A DNA stretch of 64,000 bases from Ophelia neglecta (lineage: Eukaryota): positions 118,234,001 to 118,298,000 of the forward strand of contig OZ260662.1 of assembly GCA_965285935.1 (NCBI GenBank). Direction: 5' to 3'. The stretch's first letter is position 1, and every line of letters starts with the position of its first letter. Positions 39,830 to 54,139 of the stretch are shown here, in pieces. The translations under genes and the position numbers were made by a program. The notes below the pieces were generated by a model. It worked only from the letters and a program-made list of their open reading frames with translations, had not been told where the DNA came from and did not search any database.

Positions 39830-40430
39830 TATTTGACGCTTATTTGTTACGAATTAGACGCCATATGCATGGTGAGTAATTACTCTGTGTTCTCTTCGTA
39901 GTCATACTGCGATATGGTACAGCATACTGCAATGTTTTACCAATTGAAAAAAAGTTGAGAGAATGTCATATAGATAAATAGTGAAAGTTACGATGGTTGA
40001 TGTTTAGTGTGTTTGATCGAGAAAACGCCCACGAGCTCGAGTGAACTGCAGAACAGATGACGCCATTGGTAGATCACCGCCTGATCGAGGGATACCATTC
40101 CACACAATGTAGCAGACTAAGCTGAACAGGAAGTATGTATGCTTTAACATTCAGATATGTCATATTTAAGCTGTTGAATTACGGTTCGAAATGATTCGAC
40201 AGTGTTATATTGATTGCCGGCAGGCTTCCACAATCTCGCCAACCCTCATTTAATCACACTCCTCTCATTCCATACACCTCTCTGTTTTCCAAATCCTTTG
40301 CCTCTACTGTCTGCTCAGCTCCATAGAGGCACAGAACCTCGTATGCAAAACATGTATAAATTTTCCCAAACTAAACGTAATACATCACCCACATCCATAG
40401 AACCGCAAATAAAAACTACGCAAGCCTGAC
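39830..40430. repeat. ~600-bp array module A of uncertain origin (other copies ~44550-45210 and ~52550-53205)
   Basis: gaaaacgcc.acgagctcga.tgaact..agaacagatgacg.cattggtagatcacc occurs in three places, each time directly upstream of the YqaJ type-1 3' half. Confidence 0.85.
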
Positions 40431-42404
40431 ACTAGATACTGACACTACACAGTGTTCTTTGACACAACTTTGCTAGTAAGCGAAGGGTCAGTTCTAATTG
40501 GACATTTACTATCAACAAGCATACTTATACAGTTGTTAGGAGATAAAGCCAGAAGATCCTGGACTACCCCAATTTTCTCAAAAATGAAGTCATACTAAAA
40601 TATGATGTCAGAGGTTTGAATCTCAGTACATGGGAAAACAATTTTCTAGAGAACATCAAATGGAGTAAAGAGGAAGCAAAAATGGACCAAACAGCAGCAT
40701 GCTGGGATATTTTGGTAGACAATAAAGCCCGGCCGTCTTAATGTTCTGCAGCCACGCTCTTTTGTCACCGTGTTTCTCCGCGAAATATCTGCTGAAAATA
40801 GAAAGTATGCTGTTTTGTACGGTAAGTGACAATTAAACATACGTATCGCAAACCTTGTGTTTCGTAGCCGTATTTCAAAAGATCATTTTCAAGTTAGAAT
40901 TGTGGCTGAAATAATGTCCACCTAGCATGGCACACAATGTATGGCAGTGATAAAAAGGCGACTTGCAGTGTCAATAAAGTTTTTACAAGCCTCTAGGAAT
41001 ACTCATCAATATCAGAGAAAACCCGAGTGTTCTAATGTTATTGCTTCTTTAGAATGTAGTCCTCAGTCAGGCGAAATAGTGTCGACGGCGAGCTATGCTC
41101 ATTTCAGAGACCAATAAATAAAATAGTTAATAAAGCATTTTATTTCAATTTTTGTAAATAATTTATCTTTTAAGTTTATCTTGGAACTCAACTTCAAACA
41201 AATACATGAATTGAATTCGCCGGTTTTCTTGCCTGCCACGGCTGCGTCAAGGAAATCATTGACTAAATGGATCACGCATGCCCAATGATGGTTCTTTCAG
41301 ACCCCTACTTAACCAATGTACACAAAATAGATGGCGATATGCCTAATTATCAGATTGTTGCCCCTATTCGCCGCACGGTGGCGAACATTCATAAGTTACC
41401 GCCCACAGATAAGAATAGGGAGTATAGTAGTACTATGCCAATTAGAACAGTAACTTCCTGTACTCGCAGGACGCACAGCTATATATCATAAAGAGACAGG
41501 CTATGCCGCATAAGCTTTTTGAGTATTAACTTCTGGGGCAGACGAGATAGTTAATACGTTGGTTTTTAAAAACAATCTTCACTCTGGATTCTAAAGAAAA
41601 AATCAAGATGGCAGACGACGCTTCTGGTGGTTCGTCCTCAGGTGCTACAGAAGAAAACTTATTTCTTTGTAGTCTTGGATCGGGAACCGTCAGGAGCTTA
41701 AAAACCTCAGGGAGATCGTGGCCAGCGGATTAAACTAGAAATAAGGTGACGAGGAATCACGAGAGTGATGCCTATTCTTCCACGAGTTCCACTGGAAGCC
41801 CGACCACATATATTTTCTTTGTACCCCAAAGCCTGGCTGGAAATTGAGAGGACCCACTTGCCTTGGTTGATACTGATGGATACAAGATACACTCAGACCA
41901 TCTTGGATGTGATCAAAAATCTAAGATATTGAAGAAGGACCATTTGATACGAGGGAAAAACAAACGCATACTCGTCCTCGATATTTACACTTAAACGTGG
42001 TGCCGAAATACAATGGTAAGAGTCGGCTTTGATGATAGTTTTTGTAGCGAAGGGTCATCAGCTACATCTAATCTTAGCGATGTAACTGCATCTCGTCAAG
42101 CGCCAACTTTGGATAAAAAAACAACCCTCCTTCACTTCCTTTGCAAAATCCACGTTGGTTAAGAACATGTTATCTCTCCAGGAACCTTTTGACATATAAA
42201 AGTAAAGAAACTTTAAATATGAGTCTAAAGTTTTACATATGAACGGCCGCTGGCATTGATCTAATAGAGCAATGCTTAAAGTTTCCACTGCAATCTTGCA
42301 TTCAATCAGTGACCTGGAACACATGTTAAAATTAAACTCGTTTATTGACTTTGGTCTTTATTGTGTAAATAAATCGCACAGCAAAACAGTCAAAACCGTC
42401 AGTT

Positions 42405-44530
42405 TAGATTACACCACAATTCAATTACTTGAAGAAAACATGGGACACCAGGCTATTTTTTCCAATAATCAAAACCTATGGTAAAGATAGAGGAGCCACG
42501 AATTTGCTAATTAAAAGTACTTCTGGCTATTCCTTGATTATCCTAAGTCAGTGTTTACAAGGAATACCCTGGTTCTTTAGGTGAGACTTCATTTTATAGC
42601 CTCATGTAAACTATGTACACAATTTTACCGATGCATTTTTATAACTTTAACTAAAACAGAGGGTCCAATATGTCTAATTTGGGGCGATGATCATGAGAAA
42701 TGATATTTAGGTTAATAGACGCAATATTTTTCAAATAAAGGTCTTCATGTAATGTGTCTACCTGTAAATGACCAAATAAGTTTCGGCTGTTCTAAATTGT
42801 TATGCCTATATCATGAAAGCATGGGAGAATCCTCCCTTAAGGCAAGTTTCGCTATATTTTCTGGTTTATTTAAATGATATTTAGCTTGGAGAATCTGCAT
42901 GTGATCAATAGCGCTAAAACTGCCATACAGTTGACTATACACTCACACGACCAGTGATGACTATGGCGTTACAACGATCCTTAGAATAACACAAGCGCCT
43001 GTATATATAGACACTTATGTCCACATCCCATGATAGGAAGGTTCGTTAGACTTTTTAAAAGAGTTAGCTTAAAACGTGTGTTATTCTATACGCGAACGTA
43101 TTAACGCGGTCCTCACGCATGATGATATGTAAGAGTGGTCATGCGAACGGCTGCCATGCAAACCATGAGTTTTTCTTGCCGTGTCACCCTAAAAAACATC
43201 GTCCACACCCACACCATGCCCTGTTCTTCCCAGCCAAGACGCCGGTAATATTTATTATACTCATTAAAGCGGCTTATAAAATTTCCTTATCATTATTAGA
43301 GAACAAAACGACTCGACTGACACACTGCAGTAGCTGTGTTCAAGGTGCGTCAAAGGTGACTTACAGCAACAAGGGAATGAATAAACGGGTCGACTCTATT
43401 GGACAGAAGGACACGATTTTCTTTATAGTGAGTGCGCTTTATTCCTGTATCCATGACAATGTCATTGTTACCAGGAGGGTCCAGGTTGAGGGTAAGTTCA
43501 TGTAATTCATGTTAATGTTTAATTTCAATATCCAATTATCAATTTTTTAGCGTCATAGCATGAATTTGAATGAGAAAACCATACATTCAACTGTCTGATA
43601 TATCAATCTACATTAGGCAGCTTAAGCCGAAGTTATGTGGGAAAAATACCAATTTGCTCTGGGTAATCTGTGACTTCAAGTTAAATTGGCCGCTTGTATG
43701 TGAAGACTGTGACGGTTATGCTCTGTTACACTTGAAAACATATCATGAAAATATCATCGCGGACAATGACGAAGAAAAATGTAAAAGTGGTTTTTGATAT
43801 GAACACAAAAGGCTTTGGAATTTCATTTATAAATGTAACCTAACAAAACACAGGAACTTACAGTTGTAAACAGCTAGGACGAAAAGCAATACTTGGCATC
43901 ATATTCACCAAAGCTATTTGTATAACTTCCTTTATTATACCTCAATCCCATATTTAAATAGATTATGTGTAGTTTTGATTGCATAATGAGCAGACACAGA
44001 GCCACAGTCAGTTTAAACGATAAAAGAATGAATACGCCCGACCGCCAAGGATGTACATTTGGCATCGAAGTGGATCAAAGCATGCAACCAAAACAAAAGA
44101 ACCATTATAATACCAGTTTGTTTATAAGTTGAGAAGTTTAAAGTTACCCCGGAATTAAAATGAGCAACGGATACTTTTTGCCGCAGGTATAATCGATATT
44201 GCTGTTTATGTTCACACTCTTGATTTAACAAATTATGGTTTTTAATACTACATTTTTCACGGCATTGCTGAGGCCATAACCAATGGAATGTACAAACAAT
44301 ATAGTTGATGAGTAATTGGAGAACAAAATTATGAAATGTGAAATAGTGACCACCCTAAATGATGCATTGTTGTGCGGGGTCAGAGGCTTGAACCGGAGAA
44401 TTATCTTCCGCGCTGCACTGCGGTACTGCGGTGCTTGTTTGACGTGCAGTGGCCATGTGTTACGAGTTATGCGTTTGTTCAACGATCAAAGAAACAATGT
44501 ACAAATTAACACAATGGAAGGATGAACATC
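42405..44530 (-). mobile_element. Decayed transposase copy
   Basis: Core marker ~42759; THAP-like peptide RSAARKIILRFKPLTPHNNASFRVVTISHFI is visible in listed ORF 44225..44482. Confidence 0.6.
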
Positions 44531-45919
44531 AGCTTAATGCGTCAGTTGGTATTTGACGCTTATGTGTTACGAATTAGACGCAATATGCATAGTAAGTATT
44601 TGCTATGTGTTCTCTTCGTAGTCATAATGCGATATGGTACAGCATACTGCAATGTTTAACCAATTGAAAAAAAGTTGAGAGAATGTCATATAGATAAATA
44701 GTGAAAGTTACGATGGTTGATGTTAAGTGTGTTTGATCGAGAAAACGCCCACGAGCTCGACTGAACTTCAGAACAGATGACGTCATTGGTAGATCACCGC
44801 CTGATCGAGGGATACCAAACCACACAATGTAGCAGACTATGCTGAACAGGACCATATCTTAATTGCATAAGGCAAGGCAACTTGTTGGTAGCATAAATTG
44901 TGATATGGCAGATCATATGTATGCTTTTAATATTCAGATATGGCATATTTAAGCTGTTGAATTACGGTTCGAAATGATTCGACAGTGTTATATTGATTGC
45001 CGGCAGGCTTCCATAATCTTGCCAACCCTCGCTTAATCACACTTTTCTCATTCCAAACACCTCTCTGCATTCCTAATCCTATGCCTCTACTGTCTACATA
45101 GCTCCATAGAGGCACAGGACCTCGTATGCAAAACATGTATAATTTTTCCCAAACTAAACGTAATACATCACCCTCATCCATAGAGCCGCAAATAAAAACT
45201 ACGCAAGCCTGACCCTAGATACTGACACTACACAGTGTTCTCTGATACAACTTTGCCAGTAAGCAAGGGTCTGTTCTAATTGGACATTTACTATCAACAA
45301 GCATACTTATACAGTTGTTAGGAGATAAAGCCAGAAGATCCTGGACTACCCCCAATTTTCGCAAAAATGAAGTCATACTAAAATATGATGTCAGAGGTTT
45401 GAGTCTCAGTGCATGGGAAAACAATTTTCTATGGCATAAAATGGAGTAAAGAGGAAGCTAAAAGAGACCAAACAGCAGCATGCTGGGATACTTTGGTAGA
45501 CAAGAAAACCCGGCCGTCTTAATGTTCTGCAGCCACGCTCTTTTGTCACCGTGTTTCTCCGTAAAATATCTACTGAAAAATAGAAAGGATGCTGTTTTGT
45601 ACAGTAAGTGACAATTAAACATACGTATCGCAAACCTTGTGTTTCGTAGCCGTATTCCAAAAGATCATTTTCAAGTTAGAATTGTAGCTGAAATAATGTC
45701 CGCCTAGCATGGCACACAATTTATGGCAGTGATGAAGGTCGACTTGCAATGTCAATAAAGTTTCTTACAAGCCTCTAGGAATACTCATCAATATCAGAAA
45801 AAACCCGAGATTTCTAATGTCATTGATTCTTTAAAATGTAGTCCTCAATCAGAGGAAATAGTGTCGACGGCGAGCTATGTTCATTTCAGAGTCCAATAAA
45901 TAAAAAAAAGAAAAAAAAA

Positions 45920-47185
45920 AGAAGCCAGTAATATTGATTGTACTCATTAAAGCGGTTTGTAAAATATTCCTGATCATTTTTAGAGAACAAAACGACTTGA
46001 CTGACAGAATGCTCTGGCTTTGTCCACGGTGCGTCAAAGGTGACTTACAGCAATAATGGAAGGAATAAAGGGTTCGACGCTATTCGACAGAAGGACACAA
46101 TCGACTTTATAGTGAGTATGTTTTATTCCTGTATCTATGATAATGTCATTGTTACCAGGAGAGTCCAGGGTAAGTTCATGTAATTCAAGTTAATGTTAAA
46201 ATTGCAATATCCAATTATCAATTTTTTAGCGTTAATTTTATTAATAAGAATACCATATGTTCAACTTTCTGATACATCTATCAACATAAGGCAGTTTAAG
46301 CCGAAGGTATGTTGGACGAAATACCACTTTTCTGTGGAATATCCTTGACTTCAAGTTTCATAGGCCGCTTGTATGTGAAGACAGAATAAGTTACACTCCG
46401 TTACACTTGAAAAACGTATCATGAATATATCGTCGCGGGGAATACCGAAGAAAAATGTAAAAGTGGTTTTTGATTTGGACACGAAAGGCTTTGGATTTTC
46501 ATTTATAAATGTAATCTAACAAAACACGGTTGTAAACAGCTAGGGCGAAAGCAATACTTGGCATCATATTCACCAAAGCAATTTGTATAACTTCCTTTGT
46601 TATACCTCAATCCCATATTTAAATAGATTATGTTCAGTTTTGATTGCATAATGAGCAGACACAGAGCCACAGTCAGTTTAAACAATAAAAGAATGAATAC
46701 GCCCGACCGCCAATGATGTACATTTGGCATCGAAGTGGATCAAAGAATGCAACCAAGACAAATGAACCCATCATTGTAATACCAGTTTGTTTATAAGTTG
46801 GAAGTTTAAAGATACCCGGGAATTAAATTGTGCAACGGATACTTTTTCCGCAGGTATAATCGATATTGCTATTTATGTTCAAACTCTTGATTTAACAAAT
46901 TATGGTTTTCAATACTGCATACGTTCACGGCATTGCTGAGACCATGAACAATGGAATGTACAAACAACATAGTTGATGAGTAATTGTAGAACTGAATAAT
47001 GAAATGGAAAAAAGTGACCACCCTAAATGATGCATTGTTATGCGGGGAAAGAGGAGGATTATCTTCGGCGCTGCACTGCGATACTGCGGTGCTTCCTTGA
47101 CGTGCAGTGGGCATGTGTTACGAGTTATACGTTTGTTCAACGATCAAAGAAACAATGCACAAATTAATACAATTGAAGGATGAAC
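45920..47185 (-). mobile_element. Partial transposase copy (5' half only)
   Basis: Begins abruptly at an A-rich junction (~45900-45920); contains the YTGF-to-THAP modules. Confidence 0.55.
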
Positions 47186-47719
47186 GTCAGCTTTATATGT
47201 CAGTTTGTTTTAGACGTTTATATGTTACTTTGGGATTATACTTTATTCAAATATATTGTTGAGAATATTCATTTTTCAAATGTTCAATACCATTAACGAG
47301 GACATTTTGGTATCACGTGATCAGTGCCAGTATCGTTTAACGTAAGTGATACATTGGCTCAGTATGGTGGCAATATCCCCTTAATGAATTGTTTTATAAC
47401 ATAAGAGAAATAGTACTAACTTTTATATATGTCATATTAGAATACTATATTACACATTATGTACTTCGGATATGATGTCACTTTTAACATTTAAATAGAA
47501 TTTGGTCCACACATGGCTATCAGTATACTACATATATGGATGTTAAGCGGATACGTTTCTTCACTGTAAGTTTGTTAATTTCTTTTTTGTCGCAGTTTTA
47601 AGACCATTAATTTTTCACTATGATTCTGTCTGAGGTGTTTGTTCTGCACTTCATATCGATAGTTTTTCTTATTGCCTGACCTATTAGAACATTGTAAACC
47701 CACTGAAATACTTGGTTGA

Positions 47720-48560
47720 CTTGATGTGGGTAGCCCTTCGTCTCGTACTGACATATGTAAATGGACTTTATTGCTCCATTTAATTGATAAGATATCATAG
47801 TAACTATGTTCTTTTAATGATAGTTTTTCATATTCACACAAACTCACCGCCTGTATTTTAGCAGGTAAATATACAAGAGCAACTTGCAACATTTAATAAA
47901 GGGTAATGGCTACCGTCAGTGTGAATAAACAATTCGCTACAACACTTTTATTATCACTCGGAGTGTGATGGAGGGGGGGGGGGTAAATAGATAATAAAAA
48001 AATGAAGGGGTTGTATTATAAAGTGTATTAGAAAACGGTTGTGTGCTTAATTATTTGAAGGCTTTCGAATTAGGATTAACTTAACCACGATCATACGGTG
48101 GAACAAAAATTGTTTTCAAATCAAATGCCATTGTCGTGTTGGCTTGGAAACATACTGAAGCATTTGGTATATTTAATTGACATGCTTATTCATATCTTCA
48201 GTAATTTATCTACAGCATCATGTAGTAAAGAGAAATTGTAATGTGAAATACAAGATATTTATAAGCATATATACTTTTTTAAGGTCAAGTCTTCTAATTC
48301 AAATCGTGTACAAGCAAGGCCGCTGATGTACGCGGTGTGAAATGTGGAAGGAAAATCGGGCATAATAAGACCAGTGTTCTAAGATGGACAAGGGTCAATA
48401 GTTTATATTGACTTGACAACGCAGTAGATGTGCAGGTCGGTGGCGTGTCAGAAACATGGTGGATTAATAGTCTTTGTTTTTATGAGATACACCAATTAAA
48501 CTTGATACAAAATATTGCTGTGTCGTGCCCTGTTGCTTTAAATATCAACCAAGCCTGACC
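47720..48560 (-). pseudogene. Decayed SWIM-YqaJ gene, type 3 (copy 2)
   Basis: Near-identical to the 34.4-35.6 kb module; also keeps QAWLI (~48545); KLSLKEHSYY is visible in listed ORF 47575..47892. Confidence 0.5.
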
Positions 48561-50359
48561 TAAAACTTTCATTTAAAACAAATATGTTTATTATATATAG
48601 TACTAAGCCAGTACAAATATATCATAATCACATGTTAACTTTGCTTGCCGACACATTAAATTTCAGATTCAAGGGAATTGTAAAGTGATTGTACCGGCAA
48701 AAATACAAATGTTGCTTAATCCATTGAAATATGGACTAGAAGTGTTAATAAGAATGATATACAACACATAACTATATACAATCAACTAGATTATATCGGT
48801 CGCTGCTGAATACGACTGGAGGCCGTGTCATGAGTACAAGTAAAAATAGAAAGGATGCCGTTTTGCCCCGGAAGCTGCGTTCCAAAAAATCATTTTTAAG
48901 TAAGAATTGTGGCTGAAAAAAAGTTCGCCTAGCATGGCGCACAATGTATAGCAGTAATGAAAGTCGACTGTCAATGTTAATAAATATTCTAACAAGCCTC
49001 TAGGAATACTCATCAATATAAGAGAAAAGCCGAGTTTTCTAATGTTATACTTTCTTTAAAATGGAGTCCTCAGTCAGGCGAAATAATGTCGACGGCGAGC
49101 AATGCTCCTTCCAGAGTCCAATAAATAAATAGTTAGTTAAGCACTGGCATTGGCATTTGCAACGGCTGCGTCAAGCAAATCATTGACTAAATAGGTCACG
49201 CATGCCCGGTGATGGTACATGCAGACCCGCTACTTAACCAATGTGACGCTCGAGGTGGTTCTTCCTCAGGGGCTACAGAAGACATCTTATTTGTAATTGG
49301 TCCTGGAACGGGAAACGTCAGGAGCTAAAAAAAAACCCAGGGAGATCGTAGCCAGCGGATTAAACTGACGAGGTAAAGTGACGAGGTATCACGAGAGTGA
49401 TGCCAATTCTTCCACACGTTCCTCAGGAGGCCCGACCACATATATTCTCTTTGTACCCCTAAGGTCGGCTTCACAATATCCGATGGCACCCGCTCACAGT
49501 GCTGAAGCCTGGCTGGAAATTGAGAGGACCCACATGCATTGGTTGATACTGATGGATACGAGATCCACTTACACCGTCTCGGATGTGATCAAAAATCTAG
49601 GATATTGAAGAAGGACCATTTGATACGAGGCCAGAACAATTGCATACTCGTCCTCGATATTTACATTTGAATGTGGTGCCGAAATACAATGGTATCTTTG
49701 GATAAACATAAATTCCGGTAATGACACACTCCTTCACTTTCTTTTGCAGAATCCAGGCTGGTTTAGAACATTTTATCTCTCCAGGAACCTTTTGCCATAT
49801 CAAAGAAGAGAAACTTTAGATATGAGTCTAAAGTTTGACATATGCACGGCAGCTGGCATTGATCTAATAGAGCAATGCTTAAAGTTTCTACTGCAATATT
49901 GTATTCAATCAGTGACCTGGAACAAATGTTAAAATAAAACTCATTAACTAACTTTGGCCTATTAATGTAAATAAGGTGCAATGACGTGCATTGACGCATC
50001 TGAATTTTTTCAAGGACGTGTTAATTATATGCCTATCTTAACCTCTCCATGCTTCAAGCCGTCTTCCTGGGAGGAGGCGAAGTTCAAAATTACATTGATT
50101 AAAATGGCGTGATATGCAGTAATTTAATAGAGGTCCACATGGTTTGTGTGTTGACTGAATTTATCAAATTGTTCGGTTTAGTTTGGTGTAGATCATGTAC
50201 TTTGATACCATCGAAGAATTCATTCCAGCCTGAACAAGCTTTTCTTATGCCACCATGTGAACCCTCACCTTAATCTGTCTAACCGCACTGGTGCTTTGTC
50301 TCTTGCCTTTTAAACAACTCGGAAATTGCACAGCTAAACAGTCAAAACCGACAGTTTAG

Positions 50360-52530
50360 ATTACACCAAAATTCAATTACGTGAGGAAAAAATGGGTCAC
50401 CAGGCTATTTTTTCCAATAATCAAAACCTATGTTAAAGATGAGATAGGTGAGCCACGAATTAGTTAATTAAAAATACTTCTGGCTATTTCTTGATTATTC
50501 TAAGCCAGTGTTTACAAGGAATACCCTGATTCTTATTTAGTTGATTGGCCCAGAAATTAATTATTTCGTAACTTAAGGGCCTTTTCCCCCTTGCTTTTAT
50601 AACACACTTATATAACACAAATGTGGGTATTAGTTTTTTACAAGTCGACAGGATACATGAAAGTTAATAATAGACACGAGGAAATGACATAACCCCACAA
50701 TTCAATTACTTCAATCACCAGGCTATTTTTCCAATAATCAAAACTTATGGTAAAGCTAGATGAACCACGAATAAGCTAATTAAAAGTACTTATGCCTATT
50801 CCTTGATTATTCTAAGTCAGTGTTTACAAGGAATACCTTGGCTCTACAGGTGAGACTATGTAAATATGTACACAAATTTACCGATGCATTTTTATAATTT
50901 TAAATAATCAGAGTGGCCAATATGTCTAATTTGGGGCGATGACCTATGAGAAATGATATTTCGGTTTATGGACAAAACATTTTCAAATAAAGCTCTTCAT
51001 GTTATGTGTCTACCTGTAAATGACCAAATAAGTTTCCGCTGTTCCAAGTTATTATCACTATATCATGAAAGCATGGGAGAATCCTCCTTTAAGGCAAGTT
51101 TTGCAATCTTTTCCGGTTTATTTAAATGATAATTAGCTTGGAGCATCTGCAAATGATCAATAGCGCTGGGAAACTGCCATACAGCATACTATATACTCAC
51201 ACGACCAGTGATAACTATGGGGTAACAATGATTCTTAGAATAACACTAACGCTTGTATATATAGACACTTATGTCTACATCCCATGATGGCAAGGTTCGT
51301 TAGACTTTTTTAACAAGTTAGCTTAAAACGTGAGTTATTCTATATGCGAACGTATTAAAGCGGTCCTCACGTATGGTGATATGTATGAGTGGCCATGCGA
51401 ACGGCTGCCCTGCAAACCATTAGTTTTTCGTGACTGGTCACCCTAATGAACATCGTCCACACCCACACCATGCCCTGTTCTTCCCAGCCAAGAAGCCGGT
51501 AATATTTATTATACTCATTAAAGCGGCTTATAAAATTTCCTGATCATTATTAGGGAACAAAACGACTTGACTGACACACTGCTCTAGCTGTGTCCACGGT
51601 GCGTCAAGGGTGACTGGCAGCATAAAAGGAATGAATAAACGGTTCGACGCTATTCGACAGAAGGACACGATTTTCTTTATAGTGAGTGTGCTTTATTCCT
51701 GTATCTATGATAATGTCATTGTTACCAGGAGAGTCCTGGTTGAGGGTAAGTTCATGTTATTCAAGTTTATGTTTAATTATAATATCCAATTATCAATTCT
51801 TTAGCGCCATAGCATGTATTTGAATGAGAAAACCATATGTTCAACTTTCTGATATATCAATCAACATTAGGCAGCTAAAGACGAAGTTATGTGGGAAAAA
51901 TACCACTTTGCTTTGGGATATCCGTGACTTCAAGTTAAATTGGCCGCTTGTATCTAAAGACAGTGACGGTTACGCTCTATTACACTTGAAAAACGTATCA
52001 TGAAAATATAATCGCGGAGAATAACGAAGAAAAATGTAAAAGTGGTTTTTGATATGAACACAAAAGGCTTTGGATTTTTATTTATAAATGTAATCTAACA
52101 AAGCACAGGAACTTACAGTTGTAAACAGCTTGGGCGAAAATCAATACTAGTTAAGAATTTTAATGTAAGAAAATTAAAATGTGCAACGGATACTTTTTTG
52201 CCGCAGGATAATCAATATTGCTTTTAATGTTCTCACTTTTGATGTACCAAATTATGAATTTTAATACTACATTGCTTCACGGCATTGCTGAGGCCATGAA
52301 CATAGCTGATGAGTAATCGGAGAACAGAATAATGAAACGTGAATTAGTAAGCACCCATAAGGATGCATTGTTATGCGGGGTAAGAGGCTTGAACCGGAGA
52401 ATTATCTTCCGCGCTGCACTGCGGAACTGCGGTGCTTGCTTGACGTGCAGTGGCCATGTGTTACGAGTTATGCGTTTGTTCAACGATCAAAGAAACAATG
52501 TACAAATTAATACACTGGAAGGATGAACAT
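50360..52530 (-). mobile_element. Decayed transposase copy with a local duplication of the PGD module
   Basis: caccaggctatttttt..caataatcaaaac at ~50398 and ~50716; core ~51011; THAP-like ~52411. Confidence 0.58.
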
Positions 52531-54139
52531 CAGCTTTATATGTCAGTTTGTATTTGACGCTTATTTGTTACGAATTAGACGCCATATGCATAGTGAGTAT
52601 TTACTATATGTTCTCTTCGTAGTCATACTCCGATATGCTACAGCATACTGCAATGTTTAACCAATTGAAAAACAGTTGAGAGAATGTCATATAGATAAAT
52701 AGTGAAAGTTACGATGGTTGATGTTTAGTGTGTTTGATCGAGAAAACGCCTACGAGCTCGACTGAACTGCAGAACAGATGACGTCATTGGTAGATCACCT
52801 CTGATCGAGGGACACCAAACCCCACAATGTAGCAGACTATGCTGAACAGGAGGATATCAAAGTTGCACAAGACAAGACAACTTGGTGGTAGCATAAATTG
52901 TCAGATCATATGTGTGCTTTTAATATTCAGATGTGGCATATTTAAGCTGTTGAATTACGGTTCGAAATGATTCGACAGTGCTATATTGAGTACCGGCAGG
53001 CTTCCAAAATCTCGCCAACCCTCACTTAATCACACTCCTCTCATTCCAAACACCTCTCTGTTTTCCAATTCCTTTGCCTCTACTGTCTGCTCATCTCCTT
53101 AGCGGCACAGAACCTCGTATGCAAAACATGTATAAATTTTCCCAAACTAAACGTAAGAAATCACCCACATCTATAGAACCGCAAATAAAAACTACGCAAG
53201 CCTGACACTAGATACTGACACAACACAGTGTTCTTTGACACAACTTTGCAAGTAAGCCAAGGGTCTGTTCTAATTGGACATTTCCTATCAACAAGCATAC
53301 TTATACAGTTGTTAGGAGATAGAGCCAGAAGATCCTAGACTACCACAATTTTCGCAAAAATGAAGTCATACTAAAATGCCAGAGGTTTGAGTCTCAGTGC
53401 ATGGGAAAACAATTTTCTATAGCATAAAATGGAGTAAAGAGGAAACTAACAGAGACCTTAATGTTCTGCAGCCACGCTCTTTTGTCACCGTGTTTCTCCG
53501 CGAAATATCTGCTGAAAATAGAAAGTATGCAGTTTTGTACGGTAATTGACAATTAAACATACGTATCGCAAACCTTGTGTTTCGTAGCCGTATTTCAAAA
53601 GATCATTTTCAAGTTAGAATTGTGGCTGAAATAATGTCCGCCTAGCATGGCACACAATGTATGGCAGTGATGAAAGGCGAACTGCAGTGTCAATAAAGTT
53701 TTTGCAAGCCTCTAGGAATACTCATCAATATCAGAGAAAACCCGAGTGTTCTAATGTTATTGCTTCTTTAAAATGTAGTCCTCAGTCAGGTCCGCATGGT
53801 TTGTGTGTTGACTGAATTTATCAAATTGTTTGCTTTAGTTCGGTGTAGATCAAGTACTTTGATACCATCGAAGAATTCATTCTAGCCTGAACAAGCTTTT
53901 CATATGCCACCATGTGAACTCTTCCCTTAATCTGTCCAACCGCACTGGTGCTTTGTATCTTGCCTTTAAAACAATTCGGAACTTGTCGCTCTACAAAATC
54001 GCACAGCAAATCAGTCAAAACCGTCAGTTTGCGGCGTGAATTCTAGCTATAAAGACAAAATATGTCTTCTTCACTATAATGTATTGAATCGAATCTAATG
54101 TATTGATTTAACATAAAGTGGAACGGATATTGTACTAAA

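Noticed and set aside
49975-50030. + strand CIDASEFF as the transposase IIDCTE motif
   Set aside because: Downstream sequence lacks the expected YK/H and PGD motifs; the ordered transposase motifs are on the minus strand elsewhere.
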